64,000 nt of DNA, taken from NCBI GenBank assembly GCA_963707025.1, contig CAVPOM010000006.1:448001-512000 (forward strand), in the 5' to 3' direction. Numbering within the stretch: position 1 is the first letter of the stretch; every line of letters starts with the position of its first letter. The translations under genes and the position numbers were made by a program. Below, in pieces: positions 19,937 through 33,781 of the stretch. The notes under the pieces were generated by a model. That model had not been told where the DNA came from. It did not search any database and was given only the letters and a program-made list of their open reading frames with translations. This DNA comes from an uncultured Verrucomicrobiae bacterium (GTDB lineage: Bacteria > Verrucomicrobiota > Verrucomicrobiia > Limisphaerales > Palsa-1400).

Positions 19937-20680
19937 TTATGGCTCGTCATCCGCCGCTTCTTCCGCCCCGTCAGGCCGGCCCGACTGCGCCGGAGGAGCG
20001 GGGGCCTGCCCGCCCGGGCTTTCCCCGGCCGCGCCTGGCGCGGAGGCCGGAGCAGCGCCCTGCGCCGCAATCCCCGCCGCGGCCACCAGGCGGGTCAGGT
20101 TGTCCGGAAGGGGCACGACCGGTTTCACCGTCTGCTTCCGGCGCGGTTTCGCTTTTGGCGCCGCTTGGATCTTTCCAGGAATGGCAGGCTTCACCCGATC
20201 CGTTCTGACCGCGGCCTCCGCGCTCGCCTGCACCGCCGCCTTCCTGATGGGCCGGCGCGGCTTCCGCACCGCCACTTTCCTCATGGGCCGGCGCGCTTGC
20301 TGGACCGCCGCCTTCTTCATGGGCCGGCGCGGTTTTTTCGACGCCGGCTTCCGCGGCACCACCGGCTTCCGTGCCACCGCCGCTTGCTTCCGGCTTGCCG
20401 CCAATCTTCTGGAGCTGCGCTTGCGCCGTCTCAAATACGCCGCCTTCCGCGCCGCCGCCAAAGCCGCTGCCTGCAACTCCTCCGCCTCCTGGCGCGCCTT
20501 CTTGGAGGCCTTGCGCGCCTGCTTAAAGTCGCGCCGCGCCTGCTTGAGCCGTTTCTTCGACAGACGCGCCAGAACTTTGGCGTCCCTGGCTTGCTCCGCC
20601 GCCGCTCTGGCCTTCGCCGCCAGCGCGCGCGCCTCCCCGGCGGCCGTCCGCGCCGGGTTGACCGGAATGGGGTTTTTCAT
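19937..20680 (-). CDS. Lys/Arg/Ala-rich histone H1-like protein (putative)
   Basis: Highly basic low-complexity ORF with three 12-aa repeats; fills the gap between rhomboid and glyQS. Confidence 0.6.
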   Translation of the reverse strand: MKNPIPVNPARTAAGEARALAAKARAAAEQARDAKVLARLSKKRLKQARRDFKQARKASKKARQEAEELQAAALAAARKAAYLRRRKRSSRRLAASRKQAAVARKPVVPRKPASKKPRRPMKKAAVQQARRPMRKVAVRKPRRPIRKAAVQASAEAAVRTDRVKPAIPGKIQAAPKAKPRRKQTVKPVVPLPDNLTRLVAAAGIAAQGAAPASAPGAAGESPGGQAPAPPAQSGRPDGAEEAADDEP

Positions 20681-20795
20681 GATTTTCACGGAACAACCAA
20701 TAAACCCGGCGAAACACCAACCTCAAGACAATTATCATGCCCGGAACCGCCGCCTCCTTGACATCCGCCGCTGCTTCAAGAAAGCTATTACCCCT

Positions 20796-22612
<1,817 letters not shown>

Positions 22613-22616
<4 letters not shown>

Positions 22617-23203
22617 TGTCATCCGAACAGAAAGAGCCCGGGGAAATCCCCGCCGCCGTGGCCGTGGAACCGCCGTTGAAAAAGCGCGCCGTCACGCTTT
22701 ACGCCATCATTATTTTCAAGCTGGTCAAAGGCCTGCTCTGCGTGGCGCTGGCCCTGGTCATCTACCACGAGGCCAAAAAGGACATGTCGCGGGACTTCCA
22801 AAGCTTCCTGCAATCGCCTTTTGTCAAAACCGTGTTTGGCGAACTGAGGATCCATCCGGAGAGCAAGTTCTTCATCGGTCTGGCTAAAAGCATTGGCGAG
22901 TTGACCGCGGCCAAAGTGCATCGGGCGGCGTGGGGCGCCCTGGTTTTGAGCCTTTTTCCGCTGGTGGAGGGGATCGGCCTCCTCTTTCGCGCCCCTTGGG
23001 CTGGCTGGCTGGCCATAGGCGAATCGGCCTTCTTCCTCCCCATCGAGTTTTACGAGATGCTGAACCAGGAAGTGGCAAATCCGGCCAAATTTCCGTGGTC
23101 CATTTTCGTGGTCACCATCTTCAACATCATCATCGTCTGGTATCTCTACGACAATCGCGAGGTCCTCTTCCACCACCATCATCGCCGTCCGCGAGGCGGT
23201 TGA
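22613..23203 (+). CDS. DUF2127-like membrane protein
   Basis: AIIIFKLVKG, LVEGIGL...W..W, FLPIEFYE; 4 TM. Confidence 0.75.
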
Positions 23204-23283
23204 TGAGCCGGTTTGGAGAGGCGGTTGCTTGCCCCTACCGGGTGCGGATGACCGGAAGAATTCTGTCCCGCGCCTGGCGGGGG

Positions 23284-24663
23284 TTACAGGCTGGCGGCGC
23301 GGTCCACGTCGAAGCCGCGTTCGCGCATGCGTTGGAGTTTGTAGATCAAAGCGCGGCGGCTGATGCCCAGGGCCTTGGCGGTGGTGGTGCGGTTAAAATC
23401 CTGCTTGCGCAGGGTCTGAAGAACTGCCTGGTATTCGATTTCCTCCAGGCGGTGGACGGCGGCTTCGTCCACGTTGACAGGGGAGCCGGCAACGGGACGG
23501 ATGCGGGCGGGAAGGTGCTCGGGCATGATGAGTTCGCCGCGGGAGAGAAGGGAGGCGCGCTCCATGGCGTTGCGGAGTTCGCGGACGTTGCCAGGCCACG
23601 AATAGCGCGATAAACATGAGGTGGCGGCGGAGGAGAGTTTGGCGCGGCCCTGGGTGAATTCGTTGAGGAATTGATGGGCGAGGGGGAGGATGTCTTCGGG
23701 GCGCTCGCGGAGGGGAGGGACATTCAATTCGACGACGTTGAGGCGGTAGAAGAGGTCTTCGCGGAAGCGGCCGTTTTTGACTTCCTCCTCGAGATTGCGG
23801 TTGGTGGCGGCGAGGATGCGGGCGTTGACGCGGACTTCGGCGTTGGAGCCGATGCGCTGGAAGCGGCCATCCTGGGCGACGTGGAGGAGTTTGGCCTGGA
23901 GGGGAGGGGTCAGCTCGGCGATTTCATCCAGAAAAATGGTGCCGCCGTCAGCCATCTCGAAACGGCCAATGCGCTGGGCGACGGCGCCGGTGAAGGCGCC
24001 CTTTTGATGGCCGAAGAGTTCGCTTTCCAGCAAATTTTCCGGGATGGCGGCGCAGTTGAGTTTGACGAGCGGGCCGGCGGCGCGGGGGCTCCAGGCGTGG
24101 ATGACATCGGCCACGGCTTCCTTGCCCACGCCGCTCTCGCCGGTGATGAGGACCCGGCTTTCGGAAGCGGCAATGAGGGCGCAGTCGCGGAAGAGGGCGT
24201 CCATGAGCGGGCTGGCGGCGATGATGTGAGGGGGCAGTTTTTTTTGATCGGAAAACTTGACCGGGGCGGATGTGGAAAGGCCGGCGGCCTGGCGGACGGA
24301 GGAGAGCAGTTCGTCCAGGTCAATCGGTTTGGCCAGATAGTTGACGGCGCCGTCGCGCATGGCCACGACGGCATCGCGGATGTCGGCATGGGCGGTGACC
24401 AGGAGAATGGGGAGGCCGCCGCGGAGCTGGCGGGCGCGGCGCAAGGTTTCCAGGCCGGAAAGGCCGGGCATGCGGACGTCGGAAATCATCATGTCCACGT
24501 TTTGGGAGCGGAGGACTTCCAGGGCGCGCTCGCCGGAGGGGACGGCGACAGTTTGGAAGCCCTGGCTGGCCAGGAACGAGTCCAGAAGGCTGCGCTGGGC
24601 CGGATCGTCATCCACAATGAGGATGGCCGGCCCGGCGTCGTTGTTGGAGGCATCCGGGGGCAA
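23284..24663 (-). CDS. Sigma54-dependent response regulator (NtrC/ZraR type)
   Basis: Receiver domain, GESGVGKE, ESELFGH, GAFTGA, FLDEI, C-terminal Fis HTH. Confidence 0.95.
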   Translation of the reverse strand: MPPDASNNDAGPAILIVDDDPAQRSLLDSFLASQGFQTVAVPSGERALEVLRSQNVDMMISDVRMPGLSGLETLRRARQLRGGLPILLVTAHADIRDAVVAMRDGAVNYLAKPIDLDELLSSVRQAAGLSTSAPVKFSDQKKLPPHIIAASPLMDALFRDCALIAASESRVLITGESGVGKEAVADVIHAWSPRAAGPLVKLNCAAIPENLLESELFGHQKGAFTGAVAQRIGRFEMADGGTIFLDEIAELTPPLQAKLLHVAQDGRFQRIGSNAEVRVNARILAATNRNLEEEVKNGRFREDLFYRLNVVELNVPPLRERPEDILPLAHQFLNEFTQGRAKLSSAATSCLSRYSWPGNVRELRNAMERASLLSRGELIMPEHLPARIRPVAGSPVNVDEAAVHRLEEIEYQAVLQTLRKQDFNRTTTAKALGISRRALIYKLQRMRERGFDVDRAASL

Positions 24664-24669
24664 TGTTCT

Positions 24670-26160
24670 CTAATCTTTGCCGCAAAGCTTGATGTGGGCA
24701 ATGCGAAAAAGAGCGCCGGCGGGGTCGTTGGGCAGGCATTCGATGTCCCAGCCGTGGGCCTGGACGATTTGCTGGACGACGGAAAGGCCCAGGCCGGTGC
24801 CTTCGGGATGAGTGGTGAAGTAGGGTTTGAAAATCTCGGCGCGATTGGCTTGGGGGACGCCCGGGCCGTTGTCGGAGATTTCGATGAAGGCCTCCTCGTT
24901 GTTGCGCTTGCTGGCGCGGATGCGGATTTCGCCCTTGGCGGGCACGGCCTGGACGGCGTTGAGGACGAGGTTGAACAGGGCCTGGCGGAGGAGCTGTTCA
25001 TCGGCCTCGATGGTGAGCGGCTCCATGACGATCTGCAACTGGATGCTCTTTTCCTCGATGTCGTAATTCAAGGTGCGGGCGACTTCGCCGACGACGGCGC
25101 CCAGATCGGTGGGGGCGCGGCGGACTTCGCGCGGGCGGGAGTAGTTGATGAATTCGTTCAACTGGGCGGTGACGCGGTCGGTTTCATCAATCATGTCGCG
25201 GGTCTTGGCGCGGATTTCGGGGGTGGCGTCCTGCTGTTTGGAAATCATCTGGGCCAGGCCGCGGATGATGTTGAGGGGGTTGCGGGTTTCGTGGGCCAGG
25301 CCGGCGGCGGCGAGGTTCATTTCCTTGAGGTGCAGGTTCATTTCACTGGCGCGGACCAGGCGGAGCTGGAGATCGCTAGTTTTGACAAGGCTTTGCCAGG
25401 CCAGACCGTAGCCGACGACGCCGGCGGTGCCGAGCAGGCCGATGATGAGGCGGATGAGGAAGTCGGCGCGGTCGGCGTCGTGAACAGGCTGGGTGGACAT
25501 GCCGACGAAGAAATTATGGGCGCCCAGCTTCTGGCTCATGGTTTTGTATTCCTCCTGGGTCATGAAGGAGGGCTGGACGAATTCGGGGCGGCCTCTTCGC
25601 CCGCGGAGTCTGGGTGGGGTGTTTGTGGCTGGGGCATTGGCCAGGCCCGTGGCGGAATTAGTGGTGGCGGCGGTGGGGTTGCCGTTGGTGGCAGAGCCGG
25701 CGGAGCGGACCATGTTGGTGATGGTTTCAAAGGGGAGAACGATCAGGTCTTCGCTGAGGTTGGTTCCCAAATCCACCAAATTGGGGAGCCAGACGATGGG
25801 GCCGTCCCAGTGGGGGCCGCTCTGCATTTCGTCGCGGGGAAAATCCACATTGGTGGGGGCGGCGGCGGCAATGTCCCCGTCCCGGTTGACCAGCACCACC
25901 GAGCGCAGTTCGCCGGAATTGGTTTCGCCGGGCCTGACCAGTTGGCTGATGGTGGACTCCAGGTAGCCCTTGGAAACGACCAGTCTGCCCGGCGCGCGGA
26001 GAATGCGGCCGCAGGTCATGGCGACATAGCGGGCGCGCTCCTGGAGCAAGGCGCGCGCGGCGTTCTTGACACGGGCATGCTCAGCCACCTGCCAGGCGAT
26101 CAAGGCGGCCCAGATGGCGAAGAGCATGCCATAAACCAGGGCATTGCGGCGCGAGGTCAT
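24670..26160 (-). CDS. Sensor histidine kinase (2 TM, periplasmic domain)
   Basis: LAHETRNPL, NLVLNAVQA, DNGPG, GTGLGL. Confidence 0.93.
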   Translation of the reverse strand: MTSRRNALVYGMLFAIWAALIAWQVAEHARVKNAARALLQERARYVAMTCGRILRAPGRLVVSKGYLESTISQLVRPGETNSGELRSVVLVNRDGDIAAAAPTNVDFPRDEMQSGPHWDGPIVWLPNLVDLGTNLSEDLIVLPFETITNMVRSAGSATNGNPTAATTNSATGLANAPATNTPPRLRGRRGRPEFVQPSFMTQEEYKTMSQKLGAHNFFVGMSTQPVHDADRADFLIRLIIGLLGTAGVVGYGLAWQSLVKTSDLQLRLVRASEMNLHLKEMNLAAAGLAHETRNPLNIIRGLAQMISKQQDATPEIRAKTRDMIDETDRVTAQLNEFINYSRPREVRRAPTDLGAVVGEVARTLNYDIEEKSIQLQIVMEPLTIEADEQLLRQALFNLVLNAVQAVPAKGEIRIRASKRNNEEAFIEISDNGPGVPQANRAEIFKPYFTTHPEGTGLGLSVVQQIVQAHGWDIECLPNDPAGALFRIAHIKLCGKD

Positions 26161-26168
26161 GCGGGTCC

Positions 26169-27416
26169 TCAGTGTTGACGAACCGGGGCGGGTTGGGCCA
26201 GCCCCGAAGAGACGCCGCCCGGCGGGTTGGGCGATTGCGGATCAATGTAGGTGTCGCGCTCTTTTTGGTCAAACGCCTTGGCGGAGATGCCGGTGCGGCT
26301 GGTTTCATCCACGGACATTCTGGCCAGGTCCTCCGGCGTCTTGATGACGGTAGGCGTGATAAAAATGATCAACTCGGTTTTGGCGTCGCTCTTTTGCTTG
26401 TGTTTGAAGAGGTTGCCCAGAAGCGGGATGCTTTGCAGGACGGGGATGCCGCTGTCGGTGACGGTCTTGCTGTCCTGCATCAGGCCGCCGATGACGACGG
26501 TCTGGCCGGAGGGGGTGAGGACGACGGTGTTGGCCGAACGGGTGTTGATATACGGGGTGCTGAAATTGCCGTTGGTGCCGCCGGAGATCTGGGTGGATTG
26601 CGGCGCCACCTCGGAAATCTGGGGCGCCAGGATCATTTCCACGTCGCCATTGGGGTAGATAAAGGGCGTGACATTCAAAATAATGCCGACTGGGATGTAG
26701 GAGATGGAACTGGTTTCCTGGCCCAGGGCGCTGAAGGTGACGCCGTTGATGATGGGGACGGACTGGCCGATGACAATTTGGGCCGGCTGGGCGTGGCGTG
26801 CCAGAATGGTGGGTCGGGAGAGGACTTCCACTTTCCCCTTCTCTTGAATGGCGCGCAAGAGGAGGGAGTAATCATTGCCAGTGAAGGAGAGCAAAGACGC
26901 GCCCGGCAGGGTGTTGAGGCCGGCGGTCGGGGTGATGCCCTGGGCCGCCAGGCCAAACAGATTGCTGTAGCTCAACAACTGGGAGCCGTTCTGGAGATTG
27001 TGGGAGATGCCTCCTTCCAGGCCAACGTCCAGGCCGTTATTATAGGTGACCTCCAAAAAGACGCATTTGATGAAGACCTGGGGCTTGGGCCGATCCAAAC
27101 CTTTGAGGGCGGCGAGGACGGCCTCGTTGTTCAGATCGCTGGTGATGTAGATGACCGAGCCGGTGATCGGGTCAATGGTAAAGGTCACAGGAGCCACCTG
27201 GCCCTGGGCCGGGTAAGTGGCCGAGCCGGCCGCGCCGGCACCGGCCCCGCCGCCGCCGAAGCCGCCGCCGCCGCCGCCGAAGCCGCCGCCGCCGCCGCCG
27301 CGTCCGCCGCCGCCGCCGCCGCCGCCCCCTCCTGCCAGAGCGGGCAGGACCATGGAGAAGCAGACCAAGGCTGTGAGCCACTGAGTAACCGGGAGTTTTG
27401 GAGTGGTTGTCATCAT
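26169..27416 (-). CDS. gspD: T2SS secretin, N3 plus secretin core only
   Basis: Signal peptide; LDRPKPQVFI, VLSRPTIL, GIILNVTP, GQTVVIGGL, IPLLGNLFK, KTELIIFITP. Confidence 0.9.
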   Translation of the reverse strand: MMTTTPKLPVTQWLTALVCFSMVLPALAGGGGGGGGGGRGGGGGGFGGGGGGFGGGGAGAGAAGSATYPAQGQVAPVTFTIDPITGSVIYITSDLNNEAVLAALKGLDRPKPQVFIKCVFLEVTYNNGLDVGLEGGISHNLQNGSQLLSYSNLFGLAAQGITPTAGLNTLPGASLLSFTGNDYSLLLRAIQEKGKVEVLSRPTILARHAQPAQIVIGQSVPIINGVTFSALGQETSSISYIPVGIILNVTPFIYPNGDVEMILAPQISEVAPQSTQISGGTNGNFSTPYINTRSANTVVLTPSGQTVVIGGLMQDSKTVTDSGIPVLQSIPLLGNLFKHKQKSDAKTELIIFITPTVIKTPEDLARMSVDETSRTGISAKAFDQKERDTYIDPQSPNPPGGVSSGLAQPAPVRQH

Positions 27417-27435
27417 ATAATAATTAGTCAAAGGA

Positions 27436-29135
27436 TTATGGGGAACGCAGTGCCGAGGTGCCGCCGCCGCCCGTGCTCACGGCGCTGCTCAGGGAGGTGG
27501 AGGAGGACATGGAGGAGGACATGGCTTGGGCGCCGGATTGCATGCGCATCAACAGGGCATTCTGCTGAGTGGTCGTGCTGGAGGTCTTGCCAGTGGCCAT
27601 GAACAAGTCCTGCAGGGGACCCTGCAGGTCCAGGACGTCGGCAAACATCGGTTGGAAAACGTGAACGCTGACATGGCCGGCCGAGTTGCCGTCCAATTCA
27701 TCAATCATTTTCTCGATTTGCGTCATGGTATCTTTGGAGGCGGTGACCAGGACCGATTGGGTGCGCGGATCAGGCACGGCATTGACGGTGACTTGCTTTT
27801 TCAGGCGGTCGCTCATGCCCTGCGCGGCAGACGCCGCCGTGCCGCCACCCCGGCCAAATCCACCGCCGAGGAAATTCGCGGCGCCCCGGCGGCCGCCGGT
27901 TTGATTCTGGCTGGCCTGGAGGTTGGGATCGGGGAACAGGGCGAGGAGTTCGTTGGCCACATCGGTGCAATCGGCATTATGGAGGCCGAAGAGGCGGATC
28001 TGGACGGTGTCTTCCTGGGGAATGTCCAGCTTGTCAATAATGTTGGAGATGCCGGGCATGAAGTCCGACGGGGCGCTGACCAGGACGGCGTTGTTCTGGT
28101 CATCGGAGACGGCGTTGACGTGAACGGCGGCACGCTTGGAGCTTTCGTCGGCGCCGGCGGCGGCGCCGCCACCACCGCCACGACCCCGGCCGAAGAGGGC
28201 GAAGGGGTTGACCCCGGGAGTAGTGTCCTGACTGGTGAAAACATCCTTCAATTCAGAGGCGATGGCCTTGGAATCGGCGTACCTGAGCAAGAAGACTTGG
28301 AGGTCGCCATTGCCGGTGCTGTCAATCGCGGCGATGATTTGGGCAAAGCGCCGGATGTCCGACCGTTTGGCGGTCATGATGATGGCATTGCCGGCTTCGT
28401 TGGAATTCATTCTGGCGCCGGGAGGAATGAGGGTGTAGAGATCCTTGACGGCCTGGGTGGGATTGAGGCTGTGAACCGGAATAACCTCGGTGACAAACTC
28501 TGCATCTTGCGGAACCTGATCCCATTTCGTCAGCACGTCAACCGGCACCCCCGCGTTGGAGGCGGCATCGTCCAGGGTCATGATGGTCAGGGTCTTCTTG
28601 TCCTGGATGGCCGTTAAGCCGTGATCGGCCAGCACCTTGTTGAACAGGGGAACGAGCTCCTCCTTGCTGATGGGCTGTTCGCTCACCAGATCCACCGTGC
28701 CATCAACGCGGGTGCTGGCCTGGCGGTTGATGGTAAAGCCCGCTGACTCGGTCAGGAAAGCCAAAGCCCTGTCCACGCTGACGCCGCGCAAATTCAGGGT
28801 CAAGCCCTGATCGGCCGTGCCGGCGGTCAAGTCGGCATTGGGGCCGCGCTCCGGAGACGCCGCCGGCGCGGCGTTGGTCTGATTGGCGGCCGGCGTGGCG
28901 GCCGGCGGTGTGTTGGTGTCCGGGCTGGCCGGCTGGGCCGTTTGTCCGGCCGGCGGCTGCGGGGCGGCGTCTTGCGGCGCGGCGGGCGCGGTGGCGGCAA
29001 ACCATCCGGCGATCAAGCCGGCCAATAATAGAGGTGACATGTTTTTCATAGTTTTGGAATCTCCTGGGCGCGCCTGGATTTTGGCCGGAACGCCTTGTGC
29101 GAAGGTGGTGGAATTTAAATTGGTGAAGAAGTTTT

Positions 29136-29139
<4 letters not shown>
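27436..29139 (-). CDS. Secretin N-terminal (N0 plus NolW-like repeats) protein without secretin core
   Basis: LTLNLRGVSV (N0), repeated VFLLRYAD, DDQNNAVLVSAP, DPRTQSVLVTA...IDELD units; ends in a Ser/Thr-rich tail. Confidence 0.85.
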
Positions 29140-30335
<1,196 letters not shown>

Positions 30336-30341
30336 GGCACG

Positions 30342-30895
30342 CTATTGTTGAACGCTATTGGTTGGAGGGTTGAGGATCAAGCCGCTGACCGTCAGGCCAA
30401 GGGCCAGTTGGAATCCCCGGTCGTCCCGGGAGGACAGTTCGATGGAATCCACTTTCAAGCCCATCGGGCTGGTTTCCACGAAATAGAGAAATTTGAAGAT
30501 ATTGTCCAGACTGCCGGTCACGTCGGCGTGCCATTCCTCGTTTTTATAAGTCGCGGCCGGGTCGTCGGCTTCCTTGGCCTGCGGTTGTTGGCGGACCAGA
30601 TTGACCGGGCTGGCCAGCGCCCAGGTCTGGAAGGCCTTGAACAACCGGCTTTCCGCCCGGTGGGGTCCAGGGGGAGAGTGTTGGTGGACATTCGGTTCCA
30701 CTCGTTCTGGATGGTGGTGGCGTTCTGCAGGAGGTTGTGCCCGGTGGCGATGGCATTTTTTCTGTCTTGAATTTTGTCCTGGCGGCCGGACCAGCTATTG
30801 TAGAGCGGGGTGATGACCAGATAATTGAGCAGGAGCAGTCCCCCGGCGACGAGGGTGATAATGAGCAGCATTTTTTCGCGTTTTTTAGTTTCCAT
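30342..30895 (-). CDS. GspM/PilO-like protein, frameshifted near 30658
   Basis: KKREKMLL plus TM in ORF 30518-30895; ferredoxin-like TGSLDNIFKFLYFVE...LKVDSIEL in ORF 30342-30701. Confidence 0.75.
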
Positions 30896-32339
30896 TGGTT
30901 GATTCCTCTCCGGCTCTGGGTTTCCATTGATAGGTCAAATTGTATTGGATCTGGGGCGGGGTGCCGGCGGTATCGGCATGGAGATCGGTCACGCCCGGAG
31001 TTTTGCCCAAAGTTTCCCGCATGATATTAAAATCGCCGATGCTGGTGGCCATGCCGTGAACGGAAACAGTGGACAGGTCGCGGATTTCCATGTTCTTGAC
31101 GGTCACGCTGCCCAGGACGGGCAGGGCGGAGGTCAATTTGGCCCAGATGGTCAAAGCGCGGCAGGAAGGGTCGAACCACGGGCGGTATTTCTCAATGTTG
31201 TCGTTGTCTCTTTGCAGTTCAGTGACTGTGCCCTCGATGGCTTTCCACTGTTTGTTCAAGCTGTAAAGCCGGATTTGCTGCCAGCCAAACAAGCCGCCCA
31301 CCATCACCACCACGACCGCCGCGGCGCCGCCGGCGTAGGCCAGCTTCTGGGTGGACAGCTTGGTGGAGACAAACTGCCGCCAGGGGGAGATTTTTGGGGG
31401 AAGAAAATCAGGGCCGACATCGCCGCTCTGGACGTAAGCGGCGGCCAAGGCGAGGACGGGCGAGGCCGCGATCTCGGGTTTGGGCGCCTGGTCAAAGGTG
31501 ACGGAGGCCGGGCGGTCCATCGGCTCGACTCTCAATCCCAGCGCGCTCAGGCGGGGCGCAATGTCGGTGATGAATTGCCGGGTCACGTCCCCTTCGCCAA
31601 AAACTTTGATGGGGCCCGGCCCGTCGGAAAACCCGCCGGGCAACTGGCCCAGGGTGATGCGCAGTTCGCGCGCCACCAAATCGGCCGAAACCCTGCGGCG
31701 CGCCCCTTCTGTTTCCATGGCCGCATCCAGGGAGCGCAAGGCGATGATGCCGCCGCCGCCGGTGACCTGCAATTCCAGGCCGTGATTGCTCAGGGCCATG
31801 GTGAGGACGCGCTGACTGGCCTGCTGGGTGGGGCTTTGGGCGGCGCTGATGCCCAGGGCAAAGGCCAGCGGCTTGAGTTTGGCGGCGCGCAAGGCCCGCT
31901 CCAGCAAATCCAGATGGTTGCGGGGCACGGCCAGGAGCGTGGCATACTCATCCTTGTTGGGCGCCTTAAAGCGGGAACGGGTGATGAAGAGCGATTCGTA
32001 GCCGGAGGGAAAACCGCGCTCGGCTTCGATTTGCAGGTAGCTGTCCAGGTCCGCCCCGGCAATGCCGGGGAGCTTGGATTGGAGGGTCAAAACCCAGGTC
32101 AGGGGCAAACAGACCACGCAGCGGTTTTCGCGCACGCCGGCGGTTTCGAGGTGATTGCGGATTTCGCGGCCGACCAATTCGGGATCGCCGGTCAGGGGCG
32201 CCAGGGCCATGGCGGCGGAGACGCTTTGGCGGACTTGGAGAGAGCCGCCGCTGCGCCGCACGACCACCGCCTCGAGGCGGTTGCCGTCAATGGCAATACC
32301 CAGGACGGAGGAGGCCCGTTGTTTTTTAAAGAGTTTCAT
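30885..32339 (-). CDS. GspL-like (PilM/PilN fusion type) protein
   Basis: Actin-like N-terminus VLGIAIDG, one TM, coiled coil and periplasmic domain; operon position. Confidence 0.75.
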   Translation of the reverse strand: MKLFKKQRASSVLGIAIDGNRLEAVVVRRSGGSLQVRQSVSAAMALAPLTGDPELVGREIRNHLETAGVRENRCVVCLPLTWVLTLQSKLPGIAGADLDSYLQIEAERGFPSGYESLFITRSRFKAPNKDEYATLLAVPRNHLDLLERALRAAKLKPLAFALGISAAQSPTQQASQRVLTMALSNHGLELQVTGGGGIIALRSLDAAMETEGARRRVSADLVARELRITLGQLPGGFSDGPGPIKVFGEGDVTRQFITDIAPRLSALGLRVEPMDRPASVTFDQAPKPEIAASPVLALAAAYVQSGDVGPDFLPPKISPWRQFVSTKLSTQKLAYAGGAAAVVVVMVGGLFGWQQIRLYSLNKQWKAIEGTVTELQRDNDNIEKYRPWFDPSCRALTIWAKLTSALPVLGSVTVKNMEIRDLSTVSVHGMATSIGDFNIMRETLGKTPGVTDLHADTAGTPPQIQYNLTYQWKPRAGEESTNGN

Positions 32340-33781
32340 TATCTTAGAGTTCCAGCCAATAACTGGTCATGAATACGTTTGCCCAAAGCCCAGCCCAAAT
32401 AGGTCAGGTCCTGACGATACACTATCTGCGGCACACCGCTGCTGCAATCAAAGACAAATTTGACACGGCGGTAGCCGCGGCCGAAGTGTCCGACCGCGGC
32501 GACGTCCGCGGTAAATTGAAAGGTATGGGAGGTGACCCAGGGGCCGGCTTGGAGCATGGCATTGGTCCCCAGGCTGGCCATGCCGTCTTTGAGCCAGTAA
32601 ATGGAATTGAGGCGGCCGGGAACGCCCTGGCGGTAGTTCAGGAGGGTTTGGGCGTTGTTGTAGCCGATGCCCGGGATGCAGGCCAGGGTGGTGGCGGTGG
32701 CGGTGTTGACGTTGATCAACCCCATGGTGTTGGAACCGTAAAGATAAGGCTCGAGGGCGATGAAATCGGCTTCGGCGATGCCGCTTTTAAGGGCGAAATC
32801 GAGCACGCTGGTGGGCGGCGTGGCCGCCAGGGCGGGAAGTTTTGAACTGAGCGTGCTGTAGATGGAGGGGAAATTGGATTGGATAAAACTGCTTAACCCG
32901 GCGGCGTCGAGCACCGACTGGCGGTTGGTGGTGATATAGGTGTTGGCCATGCTGAGGCTGGGGACGCCGAAGTTGGTCGGCTCGTGAGTATAAACGGTGA
33001 CGTATTCGAGGAAGCCCGAATCCAGCATGCCATCGCTGTTATCGTTGGGCGGCAGGGCCGGGCCGTCATTTTCGTTCGGGTCCAGGGCGCCGTTGAGATT
33101 GATGTCTTCCCCGTAGAGGAGGTCCAGGTTCATGCCATAGACCATGCGCAATTCGCCGACGGTTTCATAATTGGTCTGTTTGCACAGGTAGGGAGGATTG
33201 AGGCCTTCATAGGTTGGGGACTTGGCCCCGTTCATCGTCTGGTTGGCATTGGAGGTGTTCCAGTCATACATGGCCGAGATCAGGGGCAGGGTCATCTGCG
33301 GCAGGTTTTGCAGCAAATTGGTGGAGGTGTCCGGGCTGGTATAGAGCTTGGTGTTGTTCAAATTGGCCTTGGAGGCCTCGTCCACCAGGCAAAACACCGG
33401 GTCGGGCGAGCGGTGTGAAAAATCCATGTCGTTGGTGTCGCGCCCGATCACCCAGAACATGCCTTCGCCGACCTTGACGGCGCCGGTTTTGTAATTGTTG
33501 GTCTGCGGGAGCATGTTCGGCTGCATCAGGCTGATCAAAATGTTGCTGTAATAAAGGGCCGCCGATTCGATGGCCTGGTCGGCTTGCAAGCTGGCCAACT
33601 GGTAGTCGGCGGCGCGCATGTTCATCTCCATGGAATGCCCGAAATAGAGGGCCAGGCCGACGACGCCAAAGGCAATCCACATCACGACAATCAGCACCGA
33701 GCCGGCCAGGCACGGGGCCGATTTGCCGTGCGGGAACCGTCTCCCGCCTTCCGCCAAAGAATTGCCGTGTCGAAGCTTCAT
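32339..33781 (-). CDS. gspK: T2SS minor pseudopilin GspK
   Basis: GSVLIVVMW N-terminus, DEASKANLN, INVNTA...IPGIG helix-hairpin-helix. Confidence 0.85.
   Translation of the reverse strand: MKLRHGNSLAEGGRRFPHGKSAPCLAGSVLIVVMWIAFGVVGLALYFGHSMEMNMRAADYQLASLQADQAIESAALYYSNILISLMQPNMLPQTNNYKTGAVKVGEGMFWVIGRDTNDMDFSHRSPDPVFCLVDEASKANLNNTKLYTSPDTSTNLLQNLPQMTLPLISAMYDWNTSNANQTMNGAKSPTYEGLNPPYLCKQTNYETVGELRMVYGMNLDLLYGEDINLNGALDPNENDGPALPPNDNSDGMLDSGFLEYVTVYTHEPTNFGVPSLSMANTYITTNRQSVLDAAGLSSFIQSNFPSIYSTLSSKLPALAATPPTSVLDFALKSGIAEADFIALEPYLYGSNTMGLINVNTATATTLACIPGIGYNNAQTLLNYRQGVPGRLNSIYWLKDGMASLGTNAMLQAGPWVTSHTFQFTADVAAVGHFGRGYRRVKFVFDCSSGVPQIVYRQDLTYLGWALGKRIHDQLLAGTLR

Noticed and set aside
19398..20795. 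466-aa N-terminal extension of GlyRS in the ORF track
   Set aside because: It is the antisense of the rhomboid and basic-protein genes; GlyRS homology starts at ATG 20796
23671..26178. 835-aa plus-strand ORF (also 56992-59508, 59551-61212 and similar)
   Set aside because: Antisense shadows of real genes, expected in high-GC DNA; no recognisable motifs
27416..27436. Secretin split as another assembly frameshift
   Set aside because: The downstream ORF has its own signal peptide and N3 domain and the upstream ORF has a natural low-complexity tail
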